A stretch of DNA of 63,850 nucleotides, counting the filler, from Dimargaris cristalligena (lineage: Eukaryota): assembly GCA_003614675.1 (NCBI GenBank). It is 23 parts of 23 records of this genome, joined end to end, with 100 filler letters (N's around TTAATTAATTAA, not from the genome) between each part and the next. Parts side by side here need not be neighbours in the genome. Positions count along the whole stretch, not along the records: positions 11,333 to 13,938 come from ML004131.1; positions 14,039 to 16,749 come from ML004132.1; positions 16,850 to 19,558 come from ML004133.1; positions 19,659 to 22,365 come from ML004134.1; positions 22,466 to 25,165 come from ML004135.1; 18 more parts are not named here. The stretch is one strand, 5' to 3'. A program made the position numbers and the translations under genes. This document shows positions 12,490 through 24,590 of the stretch, piece after piece. The notes beneath the pieces are model-generated. The model made no database searches, was not told where the DNA came from, and was given only the letters and a program-made list of their open reading frames with translations. Numbering within the stretch: the first letter of the stretch is position 1; the number at the start of each line of letters is the position of its first letter.

Positions 12490-13832
12490 TTAGGCCTTCG
12501 CCGACGGTTTTGTCGCCCGAGTCCCGAATATACTACTACCAACCCGCACGTTGGTAGCCCCCAGCTCCAGCGCATGCTCATAGTCGTGGGACATGCCCAT
12601 GCTCAGCTCAAGGGGGCGTCCGAGGGAAGTCGATAACTGAGTTTGCAGTCCGACCAGTGTCTAGTGACAACAAAAAAATTAGTGTAGGAAGGTACGTAAA
12701 TTTAAATAATTGAGCTCAGACGAGAGAAATCGGCCGCATTATATCACCCATATTGGGTTAGAATAGCACGCTAGGATAACCCATTTGACTACCATAAAAA
12801 GAACGCCGGACCTTCAACATCTACATCATGTTTTTTGCTGGCATGTGCCAGGAATAAGGATCCTTGGAATAGTTCATATTCTCCGACATCTAATTCGGTC
12901 ACCACTTACTTGAAAATCGGGGTTGGGGACCTGGCCACTGTGGGCAACAGACCCAATAGTCATGAGGCCCAAGAGGTTCAACGAAGAGCAGTGTTCAATG
13001 ATAAATCGACACAATTCCTCGCAGTTGGCAGGAGCAACACCTCCCTTGTCTAGTGTGCAGGCATAGCACCGTACAATGAATGGTTAGATAAAAATATAGT
13101 TACACTGATTCACCCGCACGGATAAAACTGGCATAATAAAATACCCATTAATAGGTGAAAATAAAATAGATTCACTTACTCTCTTCGTTACTGGTGTTGA
13201 CTTGGACAAATATATGAACTGGATTGGATCGACCCTTACAGGCCGCATTCAAAGCTTCCGCTCGCTTGACAGTATCCACGGTTTCAACGGCCCATAGATT
13301 AGGCACAGCTAAGGGTAAATTATAGGTGTAGGGCGTGACTGCGTGTAATTTAGTGTCACGGGTAAGTCAGGATCAATTGACTAATGTCTAACAACGGCAG
13401 ATAAGAACGTTAAGAAATAATAGATACGATGCCCACTTACATGCTAGTAGCTTGCTCTTGTTACTCTGAAGCTGCCCAATGTAATGCCAGCGAATGTCTT
13501 GGGGGAGCTATTGTTTGGATTGAAATAGTAGTACAAGAGAGAAACCAATCACAATGCCCATGTTCAACTAAAATTGAAAAATATATACACAAGACCTAGT
13601 GGTAGAAATGATCCCCTTTGACCTGTCTGTTGAAGAATGGCAAGGCATTGCCTATACCTTGCCTATAGATTAAGTTTCCGATACTGATGTGACCCATTCC
13701 CTGTGGAATAGACTAGACCGCACGGGATACGCTGGGGTTTGAACATAGCCAGGCAAACTTCAGCCCCTGGTAGTACATTGGAACTTAGCTGATCTGACCT
13801 ACCTTGGCGCTCTTTTCAACCAGCTCTTGAAT
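12490..13832 (-). CDS. PLPBP: PLP homeostasis protein (PLPBP/PROSC/YggS family), 5'-partial; exons 13832-13803, 13507-13441, 13308-13180, 13049-12910, 12660-12490
   Basis: Manual splicing at GT...TAG sites keeps the frame: [44 protein letters not shown]...[14 protein letters not shown]...GLMTIG...NPDFQ/...[29 protein letters not shown]. Confidence 0.95.
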
Positions 13833-14038
13833 CTAAATCGTAGAGCAGGCGTAATGGGATCATTATAAAAACACAGTATGATGTAAGAATCGATTATTTT
13901 CCGGGCGACTCCAGGCTGGAAATGTAAAAACTCCGGTANNNNNNNNNNNNNNNNNNNNNNNNNNNNNNNNNNNNNNNNNNNNTTAATTAATTAANNNNNN
14001 NNNNNNNNNNNNNNNNNNNNNNNNNNNNNNNNNNNNNN

Positions 14039-14239
14039 GACTTTTTTAATGCAAACCGTGACTGTAAAACTAAATAATATTTTTGGCTTTTGTATATGCC
14101 ACAGTATAGGTGGCAATTTCAGTGGGAAAATGGCGGGGATGATACCGTTGATGTGTACTGCGGCATATTCCGCCCTCTGGTGATGAGGACTGGCCATCCA
14201 CAGTCCGGGGTTAAGTGCCGACCTCCGGATGGCACTACA
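14039..14239 (-). mobile_element. LTR family A, 5' end (TGTAGTGCC...)
   Basis: Reverse complement aligns with 23339-23530; several differences are CG versus CA/TG. Confidence 0.7.
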
Positions 14240-15581
14240 GTTGGTTTCTTGTCCTTGGGATTGTTTTAGCATGGGTGTATATTGGATTGCTCGTTTTAAA
14301 TAAAGCATGCATCCAAAGTGTCAACAACTGGGAATCCAAAGCATGCCTTTGGAGCTAAACATGGATTACTTGAGGGAATAAGAGCCCTGTTGCATTGGGT
14401 ATTTTAGTCTTGCAGCTTACAACCAATGAGCTGTGTATATCGGTAGGCCCACTAGGGCTGCTCACTAGGGTGTTAGGATAATAGTGTAGTATGATTTAGC
14501 TATTTACTGGAAGGCTGGTATCAATAATACTGGTTAGATAGCAAGAGAAAATATAACATGGCAAAGTGACGTACTTGGAGGTACAGATGCTCGTTTTCGA
14601 AAACACCGGTTACTAATGCAGGAATCGATAATAAGTTATACATGATCACTTCGGAAGTAAAAGTGAACATAGTCAGCTGAGGAACTGCCCTCACTTCTCT
14701 AAAAAGCCAGACTTTGATGCACAAGATTGCAGTCAGATCCACTTGTGAGAGGAACTACAGGATGTAGCAAATAATGATTATGAATAGGTTATCCGGTAAG
14801 GAATATAGAAGCACACATATGGGAGAGGTTCAACTGGGCTGTATAACATAAGATCTGTTGGGTGAGGCAAATGCAGTTGGTTAATAATGAATCTCCCATC
14901 CATTTCCACATATACGTACCTGCTAACACATTATACAGCTGGGCCGAATTTCATCCATATGCATTCTTTCGGATTTAACCCTCTCATCCAAACCATATAC
15001 AGAGGATAACCAAGTAATGCGGTGACCCAATCAAGGGTGGATTCGTAAAGAGGTTGGTGCATTGACTATCCAATTCTCCATTATAAAAAGCGAATAGTAT
15101 TATTCCACGATTGTGCTTAAATCAACAACAAGTAAATCCCCCAGGACAGCTACATACAATATGATGTACCTCCAGAACCAACAATAATAATGGTGGTATA
15201 TTTGTAAACAGTAATTTCCCACGACCCTCGCTTTACTGATCTTGCTATAATAAAGTATACAGCAATCCCGATAGCCAATGGCCTATCCAAAATTGGTTTG
15301 GGGTTAATTTTGAGAACCAAATACAGTCAGCCCAGTCCTACCGTAATAGCAGCGCCTTTTAGTGTTTAGCCTTAGTATCAATAACTAACCACCACAATGA
15401 GCTTACACATTGCCAGGGTTTAAAGTAAAGACGTTTAAGTAAATTAATCAGTAATGTATATAATAGTATGGAAAAATATAATGCTCTAATTAGATATTTA
15501 TAGGTACAGCGTAATACTTGCTCAAATAACTCTCATTTATTTGATTTGTTATGGAATGTGCTGCTAGTATTGGAAGGTCAG

Positions 15582-15935
15582 CTATATATACAAAAGGCAA
15601 TTGGGAATACAGGCAGACTCGGCGGCCAGTGCCATAGCGCCAAAATCGTCAGATTCTATCCCAGTATAGTCCTTAAGTTGGTCGTCACAGGACTCCGCTT
15701 GGGGCTGCAGGCTGGAGGCATCCCGAAATTCCCACTGCAGGGCGCAGTTCGAGATGAAATTGATCTGGTAAGAGGTCATGTTGAAGTACATATATAAGCA
15801 ATAGTTACAGTTGTTGATACAGTTGTTGGCCTCGTATCAATTGAACTGGTCCTGTGTGTATGTAGCCTGGGTGGGGATGTCCAAACCTGCGACCATCGCA
15901 GCGGTGGTGGAGATAGTAGTAGATAACAACTTCAT
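15582..15935 (-). pseudogene. Small cysteine-rich secreted protein, interrupted by TGA at 15837-15839
   Basis: Reads MKLLSTTISTTAAMVAGLDIPTQATYTQDQFN*YEANNCINNCNYC...SNC...ESC...SACIPNCLLYI; 117 codons, degraded signal-peptide-like start, 7 Cys. Confidence 0.6.
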
Positions 15936-16849
15936 TTTCAGTGAATTAGGTGGTACTGTAGGGGATAGATAAAGTGTAGAGTGTAGCAGGGCTATATGTT
16001 CCAAATAAATCAGTCAAAGAACATGGGGAATGTGAAAATGCGGGGTAGCGGAAAGCATTTGAGTAACGATTCGGTGTATCCTGGCATCATGCTTGATATA
16101 TTTACCGAACTACCATGATTTTCAAACCATATCTCTCTTCGAAAACTCATAGCTCGGAGATACCTGAGCTGTCCCGACATTCGCAATGCGCAATATATAT
16201 CTTACACCGGATAATGCAATACTCAGACATTCGGGCGATAATTTTTTCATTCTACGGCAATTCGTCTACATGATAAAGTAGTGTTCATAGATGTTCCCAA
16301 CCAAACTGTTTTCCGTGGCTTTTCACCAAGGGATACCCCATCGAGTTCCTCTATCGACTTGGTCACGTCGTGGTGGGAATGGTAATGTCCTGTAAAACCT
16401 GTTTTGAGCAAGATATTGGTGAAATTCGACCCAGCTGTCTAATGTACTTCATGATATATATATATAGGAAAATAAGCGGAGAACTCATTTTTAGCCAGTA
16501 TTATTTGCCTCATCTAATAGATTATTCGTTATACAGCTTGTTTGAATCCCTACAATTTTAACCATCTAGAGGCATATGTTGCCCTCTATCTGCCTTCTTT
16601 CCTTTCTATATAGCCTTATTGATACTCCATTAGCATTTCCAATAAATTTTAGATCCTATTAACGTGAGATCTCGCTGATGAAAGACCTTGCATAAGAGTG
16701 ATGGCAATTATCCACGATCATGAATTTGCGCAAAACGTAATTTGATATGNNNNNNNNNNNNNNNNNNNNNNNNNNNNNNNNNNNNNNNNNNNNTTAATTA
16801 ATTAANNNNNNNNNNNNNNNNNNNNNNNNNNNNNNNNNNNNNNNNNNNN

Positions 16850-17299
16850 TTGGTATTGGGTATCAGTAGTACCAGTGCCGGGTGTTGGTGGAGTCGGTGT
16901 AGGTACCGTCGGTAGTAGTGGTACCATCGGTAGTGTTGGTATCGGTGTCGGTGTTGGTAGTGTTGGTATCGGTGTCGGGTGTTGTTATCAGTGTTGGTAT
17001 CGGGTGTCAGTAGTATCGGTTTCGGTGGAGTTGATGTTGATGTCAGCGGTGTCGGGTGTCGGTGTGTGTCAGTGTTGGTATTGGGTATCAGTAGTGCCAG
17101 TGCCGGGTGTTGGTGGAGTCGGTGTAGGAACTGTCGGAAGTCGTGGTACCATCGGTAGTGTTGGTATCGGTGTCGGTGTTGGTAGTGTTGGTATCGGTGT
17201 CGGGTGTTGTTATCAGTGTTGGTATCGGGTGTCAGTAGTATCGGTGTCGGTGGAGTTGATGTTGATGTCAGTGGTGTCGGGTGTCGGTGTTGGTGTGTG
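16850..17299. repeat. Two copies of a 225-bp unit built from GT-rich short repeats
   Basis: TTGGTATTGGGTATCAGTAGT starts at both 16850 and 17075, and the downstream sequences are nearly identical. Confidence 0.9.
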
Positions 17300-18252
17300 T
17301 TGGTGTTGGTATTTGGTGTCAGTGTCGGCGCCGCTTGCTGGGCAGGGTGGAGGTCAGTAGATAGACCGACCCGGGTTTGCTGGGGGACCGGCGGTTTTGT
17401 AGCGAGGCTTCGATATCCAGCTGTAGTTGGGGTCGGTGCCGCTTTCTGGGCGGGGTGGGGGTCGGTGGACGGACTGGCCCGGTTTTTCCAGGGGACCGGT
17501 GGTTTTGTTATATGGTGTCGATTTCCTGTAACAGCTGGGGCTGCTGGTAGGGGTTCAACGGCTGACTGGACTTTGGTGGCTGGTAGGAATTCGATGGCCG
17601 GCTGGGATTCGACGGGCAGTAGAAAATCGGGTGCTGGTAGGGGTTCGGCAACTGACATGGTTTTAGTAGCCGGCAGGAACTTAATGGCCGGCTGGGATTC
17701 GATGGTCGGCTGGGATTCGATGGGCAGTAGAAAATCGGGTGCTGGTAGGGGTTCGGCAGCTGACATGGTTTTAGTAGCCGGCAGGAACTTAATGGCCGGC
17801 TGGGATTCGATGGTCGGCTGGGATTCGATGGGCAGTAGAAAATCGGGTGCTGGTAGGGGTTCGGCAGCTGACATGGTTTTAGTAGCCGGCAGGAACTTAA
17901 TGGCCGGCTGGGATTCGATGGGCGGTAGGTATTCTACGGCCGGCTGGGATTCTGGTGCTGGTAAGGGTTCGGAAGCTGATATGATTTCAGTGGCCGGCAG
18001 GAACTCGACGGCTGGCTGAAACCTGATGGCCGGCTGGAATTCGGCAGATGACGGGATTTTGATGGTCGATAGGAAATCGGTGGTCAGTTGGGATTCGACG
18101 GGCAGCAATGACAATTCAACTGGCGGCAGCGACGGTTCGATGGGCAATAGCCACTTGATTAGCAGCAGCAATTTAACAACTGGCGGATATTTGAAGGCCA
18201 GTGGAAATTCAACACCTGGTAGATCATTGATGGCCGGGGACTCTTCGGCCAT
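16850..18252 (-). CDS. Multicopy Pro/Glu-rich repeat protein (3'-partial), function unknown
   Basis: ATG at 18252 (MAEESPAINDL); open for more than 460 codons; 6-aa (18-bp) units such as PIESQP and AIEFLP; paralogous starts at 47255 and 50029. Confidence 0.5.
17540..18110. repeat. 18-bp tandem repeat with a 108-bp higher-order unit in three copies
   Basis: TGACATGGTT recurs at 17653, 17761 and 17869 (period 108 = 6 x 18). Confidence 0.9.
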
Positions 18253-19375
18253 CTTTACCAGGTGTAAATAACCGGAAACAGCTAGGCGAGCCACTAGCTC
18301 TAAAATTAGGAGCTATAGTTATTATATATAATGTTTAGAGGCATACAATATTAGTGTCAAATAATTCTATAAATATAGTGTCAGTAATAGTAATAGTAAT
18401 TGATAATAAATTGTATAAATAATAGCAGTATAACCAAAACATTTCACTTACTTGTCCGGCACATTGGATACCAATGGTGATGGGGTGGAACAGGGGCGGT
18501 GTAACAAAAAAAAGTAGACTCATTTTACGAAGTAAGTAGTTATAATATTAAACTATGGTGAAGACGATAGAGAAACCCGGGTAGGACAAGTGATGTGTAT
18601 AAATACTTTTTTTATTCATAATAATTCAACTGGCCTTAGGTTGGCCTGCCGGTTGGCGAGGCTCAACCGAGACTATGATGGCCAGTGTGGTCTGGGCCGG
18701 GTTAAACGGTGTGGTATTTTAGGGCAATGCCACTTCACATACACTCCTATGAGTACAGGATATCAGTGGCCCGTGGGAGGGCTTTTGTAGTGCTGCAAAG
18801 TGCAGCATTGGGAAAGTTTATTCGTTATCCTTTTTACTTGTTTATATACTTCCCGATATTCTCCCCTAGTTCATATAGTGTTGCATATTATGGGGTTCGG
18901 GAAGCCTTTTCTCCTATCAAACCGGATCAATCATTATCAGTTTCAATATATTCCCGTTTCATATAACGGAGGCATCCTCATCGGGCCGTTGTGGGAGCTA
19001 GCTGTTACCGTCATAGCTGCTGGAGGAAGTTTGTGTCTGGAGCTGACCATGGGGCAGCAGTGCACCTCATCGAGAAGGGGCAAACCCCTCCCGCTGCCCG
19101 ACTGAGTGCTGTAAAAATCCTCATTCTTAGTTTGAGGTCTGGGGTATTTCAACCCACCAGTTTTGCTCCCTAAATCGGGGAGCGAAAAACCTAGCAGCAT
19201 ATATTATTTTCATTCGATCCTTAGCATTCATTATAAAATAAAAAAACCCTTCTAGTCATTGTGAATTGAAGAAGTCATCGAGGGTAAAGCAGCAAGTAGC
19301 CACGACTTCTTATTTACATTTCAAATATTAATAACAATCATTGATCCCCTTACGACGTTACCCACAATTCGCAGT

Positions 19376-19558
19376 ATGTTTCGCTCCAGTCGTAATCGAT
19401 CAGTATCCCCGCAAGAGATGTCACCATCACCGTCCCCTTCTCGGCCTGAATCCCCAAATTTACGAAGGTCTGGGCCAACTTCCGTGTCTCGCCCTGGGTC
19501 TTCTCAACCCGGCAGGCAAATCGTCACTCCTCCCGGATCCCCGGGGCGAGGCATTACA
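19376..19558 (+). CDS. Probable N-terminus of a Ser/Pro/Arg-rich protein (3'-partial)
   Basis: MFRSSRNRSVSPQEMSPSPSPSRPESP...; GC-richer than the upstream DNA and open to the contig end. Confidence 0.35.
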
Positions 19559-19792
19559 NNNNNNNNNNNNNNNNNNNNNNNNNNNNNNNNNNNNNNNNNN
19601 NNTTAATTAATTAANNNNNNNNNNNNNNNNNNNNNNNNNNNNNNNNNNNNNNNNNNNNCAAGACCTCGTATCCCCTTCCCCCGCCTGTATTGCTATGCCC
19701 CATGCGCTTTATCAGAGTTTCCCCTTATGCAAGGCACAGCTAACCTCGTTTCTACTCATAAAAAAATATCCTAATAACAGGTATACACTTAC

Positions 19793-20164
19793 CAAAACGG
19801 CCTCGAGACCAAGGGGGGCATCCCCGTTGTACGTAAATTTATGTTGCAGAGTAGCCAATGTGAATGTCAGTCGGGACTCCTCAGTGACCAAAGCGTTTAA
19901 CCCAGCCCGGGACCGTTGTTGTTCCACCTCCTCGGTCTGCGCGGGAGCGGCGGTGGCCTCCTGGGCGGTGGTTGTTAACCATCCCTTTTCGAGGGCCAAC
20001 TGAATGAGCTGTTTCCAGATGCGGGTGTTGAAGCAATAGGCCTGCAGGTTGACTTGCCGGGTCCGGTTCAAATCGGCATAGAGGGAATGGCGACGGTCCA
20101 GTGAGCTGAACTCGGGGTGCTGCTTAAGGTAGGAATGCAATGGGTTGGGGGTGGCCATGGCCAC
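19793..20164 (-). CDS. CHMP7: CHMP7/Chm7 (ESCRT-II/III hybrid) first exon, N-terminal winged-helix region
   Basis: HPEF...RRHSLYADLNRTRQVNLQAYCFNTRIW...F...G.APLGLEAVL matches the fungal CHMP7 N-terminus; donor GTAAGT at 19792. Confidence 0.7.
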
Positions 20165-20760
20165 TGGTGAAATATACGAATGAAGCTAAAGACTGGGCAA
20201 TGCGAGTATGTAATAAGACCATGGACCCGCCGAGTGGGTCCTATGCTGGTTTAATAACGAATAAGCGGGAAATAAGGAAGTTGGAATGGCCCAAAGGAAA
20301 GAATGGAGATGGACATGGGTGGGGGAATATTTTCATATAGAGTTGTACAGTTTCGATACCCATACCAACAAATAAATATGAAGGATGGCTGGCATATAGC
20401 CAACGGACAAGTATAAGAAGCATCACAGGTTCATAGTTCCGCAGGAGGCTATTGTATTGCGGAAAACGGCCAATCCATTAATGGGGGAGAAAATCAACCG
20501 CAGTCAGAACCAGCTGTATAATACCCCACAGAGACAGTGCGTAATAAAGGGTCTCTCTATACATACTACCGGTTATTTAACAGCTGGGGTTAAAAAGGGG
20601 GAAGGAATTGAGGCATGTTTATTGATTGAAGGGAAACATTGACCACTTTTAATTCAGGGCTGGTTAACATACGCAGGAAATACCTGGATCATAGAGAAGG
20701 GATTGACCCTTCAGGTATTGATTTACCAACCACCGGGGCGGGCGTGACCATCTATCTACT

Positions 20761-21957
20761 TTATTCAACGACACGCAGGTCCGAAATCCGGTCCTTGGCA
20801 TAGGTATCCTTGTATTTGTTGAATATCCGCGTGAGCTCTGCAATATACTGCTCTTGGATATCTTTGAGATCCTCTAGAGACGGGTCCGGGTTTCGCTTCA
20901 CGGGAATGGGGCGACCGACCACCGAGACCAGCGGGGCCCGGAAGGGCATAAGACCAAGGTCGTAATTGAAAATTCCCCGGCCATGAAAGAGAGGGGTGGT
21001 GAAGCCACAGTAGGACTGGATTTTCCGTTGAATCGACCGGATGATGGTGCCCGGACCACTGTCGATTTGGTCATAGAGGTCGTTCTCGCCGAATGTGAAT
21101 ATGGGCACGAGAGAGGCACTGCCACGGGGGAGGCAGTTAATACAGCGGATGGTCGGTTAGGTTAATAAAGGGTTTTTGTATAACTTAGTGAATTCGTGTT
21201 CCAGGAATAGGGAGGCTGGCGCCCCGCCACCATGGGTGGGCTGTCGTGAAGGGAGTATGGTGGTGGGCTTCGGGTGGAAATCCCCTCCCCCATCTCTCTA
21301 TCACTCGTTTTCCACTTACCCATTCTTAATGGCCAATTTAATGAAGCCCAGGCGTTTCTTCAGCACCAGGTCGGCCTGCTTCGGTTTAGCGTAGAGAGAT
21401 TCACTGGCCCCGCCGACGACGATAACGCACGAATTACCAGGGCCGCTATTGACAATATGTTCAATGGAGTGGCGGGACACGGAGTTGACGTGCATGCCGA
21501 GGATGATATCGCGGTAAAAGGGAATATGGAAATTGGAGGTTAACGTCAGCAGCCGGATATTAAGGCCGGGAAACTGGGCGGACACGCCGGTGGCCTCCGT
21601 GCCGAAATTGAGCAACGCCCCTACGGAGATAATGCCGTGGGGGTGGTAGCCGAAAATATAATTCTGGGACGGGTCCAAGTCAACTTCTTTAACGAGCTGG
21701 GCGGGGAAGTAGTCGGCGCAATACTTCCAGAACTTAAGACGACGAAGCCAGGGGGAAGGGCGGCCGCCTAAGGCAGGGGCTTGGTTCCTTAGGGTGTAGA
21801 TAACGTAGGGAATGTAGAGTGGCCATATCAGGGGATTGACTAAACAGAGTAAATTGAGAAACAGACAGAAAGGCAGAAGGCAGGCCCAGACGAGAACGCA
21901 GAAGGTCTGTCGACGCCGTTCAAAGGGAATGTTGAAGGGGGCAAATGTGACCCCCAT
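20761..21957 (-). CDS. DGA1: Diacylglycerol acyltransferase type 2; exons 21957-21320 and 21118-20761
   Basis: Motifs FAPFNIPFERRRQT, YFP, YHPHG, VVGGASESL, KKRLGFIKLAIKNG|ASLVPIFTFGENDLY; GTAAGT/CAG intron restores the frame. Confidence 0.95.
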
Positions 21958-22465
21958 GGCGGACAACGCGGTATGGTTTTATACTTGGGGAGGAGGGATA
22001 AAGAAAAGAAAAAGGGAATGCGATAGGTGAAGATAAAAGCGACAGGGAAACAGCAGTATTCTAAGGGTTATATTAGTCGCTTTTACTTTAGTTGGCAATG
22101 CAACTTGGAAGCAATGGAACTGAGGGTTTGGTTTGGCTACCCACTACTACTACTACCACTGGTGGGTCTTTCTGGTACTACGCGCGTCTTGGCAATACGG
22201 TGGAAAGTGAAGAAGGTAGGGCTGCTGGTGTGGTGGTCAGCCGCGTTGGGGAAGAGGCACCCGCACACACTGAGACACAGGCAATAAGGCAGCAGTTAGG
22301 TAAGATAAACCACCCCTTTTTATGAATATAAAACAATTAGACCATTTTTGCATAGAACAGAACATNNNNNNNNNNNNNNNNNNNNNNNNNNNNNNNNNNN
22401 NNNNNNNNNTTAATTAATTAANNNNNNNNNNNNNNNNNNNNNNNNNNNNNNNNNNNNNNNNNNNN

Positions 22466-22535
22466 TATGGCGCTATACGGCCTGATATGACGGTGGTCAT
22501 ATCGGTTGGATTAGGACGGATTAGGAGGGGCGACA
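22466..22535. mobile_element. LTR family B terminus (...GGAGGGGCGACA)
   Basis: Homologous to 24519-24590 and 41401-41467. Confidence 0.55.
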
Positions 22536-23278
22536 GGCTGTACTTGAATGAAATGTCTTGATGCATGCTTTCAACAACAAATACCAGTTTTCATTAGTGG
22601 ATAGGTGGGTGAGTGGCCCTGCATCCAGTTTCCTTAAAATATTCATATTTTCTACATTGTATTTCCAGCTTTGCTGGTGGTGGTGGATTTATGACCATAG
22701 CATGCCCCTATATCTATGTGCTGTCCCTAACCTTTGTTATTGCAGATTTAATCACCATCCTAGGAATAAATACTGCCAATTACTGTTGGATATAGTTCTA
22801 TCTCTAAAGCACCAGATACACTGATATCCATATTCATATACATTGATCTAAGTAAGGAAATAATACTGGCACCTTGTCATGTGGAATTATGAATTGATTG
22901 AGTATATGTAGTAGGAGCACTCTATGATAGGAATTCTGGATAGGTATTTTTATTGCAAAGGGCAATACATATACTTACACATAGACCCCTCATCTAAATA
23001 AATCATTTTTATAACATGCCAACTACTCCATAATAATATGTGGTACTCTGCCAACCAGCTATTCCTCCCTGATAACTATATCAAGTACTCCTCTGCTTTG
23101 TATTTGCTGTTTATCAAGAACATCTTATGCTTCCTATCAGTGTATTTTATATACCAATGGATGTATCCTATTATCTCCAGTAGTATTCATGGGTGACCCT
23201 CTGGTGTTATTATTGTGCTAGTTAATAAGCATGTACGAATGGCAGTAAGTGGTAGGCAAATTAAAATATGTATATATG

Positions 23279-24590
23279 TGTCACAGTCCCAAGGATAGGC
23301 TTCTAATGGTAGGTGGGGCTCAGACTCGACCAAGCAGGTGTAGTGCCATCCAGAGGTCAGCACTTATCCCCAGATTATGGATAGCTAGTCCTTATTGTCA
23401 GAGGGCGGAACATGCCATGACATGTAATGGCGGTATCACTCCCTCCATTTACCCACAAAAAAAAATATAAATATATATATATGTACCACCTACACTGTGG
23501 CATATACAAAAACTAACAAAATATTATTCATTTCCTTATACTCGCAGTTTGCATTTAAAAGTCCGACCTGTTTTTTGATGGATTCCTTATTATTCCATTT
23601 TATTCTATTATTGACCTTCCTTTTACATCCCTTCTCTTGTATCCAGCGGCCCCTAAGGCCCACACGATGGCTGCATAAGTAGCCAGCAAATTCCCACTCA
23701 TTTAAGAGAAGAATCATTGCTCATATCATTTTGAAACTCATAACTCTACCACCCCTTAAGCCCAGTCCCAAATTTTTTATTGATCATTTTCGTATTATTT
23801 ACCATTACTGTCTTTATTCATTTTATTTATTCTCAATAAAACCTTCATATCACTTGTCATATCCTGCCCCCCACCATCCTCTGTCCGCTCCACTGACTAC
23901 TCACCTCCTCCAAAACCCCACTATGTCAATATCTAATTCTGCCCCAGTCTCCTCCCACTCCGTGAACCTCCTGTCTTCTGCTACCAGGGAACCGGCCACC
24001 GCAACTTTAGGCCATGTTGACAAGGAGGCCGCTGCCTCCTTGCAAATCCAAAAGGCTGTCAACAATTGGCCAGTCATCCCGGGTAGTACACAGGCTACTA
24101 GCATTAGGGTAGGTGTAGTACTAACCAATAAAGGACAGATACAGGTAAATGTTAGGGATGTGCAGCAGGCACACATACTAGTTAGTACAAGGAGGGGTGA
24201 GCATATATAGAGTTTATTGAGGTAAACTGGGAGATATGAATAATCTAAGGTACTGAACCAGTCCCAGGAGGGCCTGGTTATATATATGTAGGGATAGCTC
24301 CAGAGGGAGGTCCCAGGGGAAATATGACTAAGACTAAGGTGTGAATAGGTAAAGAATCCAACTGGACAACTTCACATTGGGAAGACTCTCATGAAAACTG
24401 GAAGAGTCTTGGATTGGCAAGTTTAGTATTTGTGGTGTAAAGTGTTGGGGTTGGAATGAGTGGGGTTATATAATAAATGATGACCCCATAGTACCGGGGG
24501 TGACTATGGGAGGGTTATTATGGCACTATAAGGCCTAATAAGGGCAGGTGATTATTAGGTCTGGATTAAGTTGGATTAGGAGGGCCGATA
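23279..24590. mobile_element. Solo LTR family B (about 556 bp) with 5-bp TSD ATATG, interrupted by LTR A
   Basis: Ends TGTCAC...CCGATA; ATATG at 23274-23278 and 24591-24595; the copy at 40607-41467 is uninterrupted at the LTR A insertion site. Confidence 0.75.
23339..24090 (+). mobile_element. Complete solo LTR family A (752 bp) with 4-bp TSD CAGG
   Basis: Ends TGTAGTGCC...GGTAGTACA; CAGG at 23335-23338 and 24091-24094; both ends recur on other contigs (14239, 5960). Confidence 0.8.

Noticed and set aside
16875-18271. Gly/Val-rich + strand ORFs (16875-17360, 17204-18019, 18026-18271)
   Set aside because: Antisense shadows of tandem repeats.
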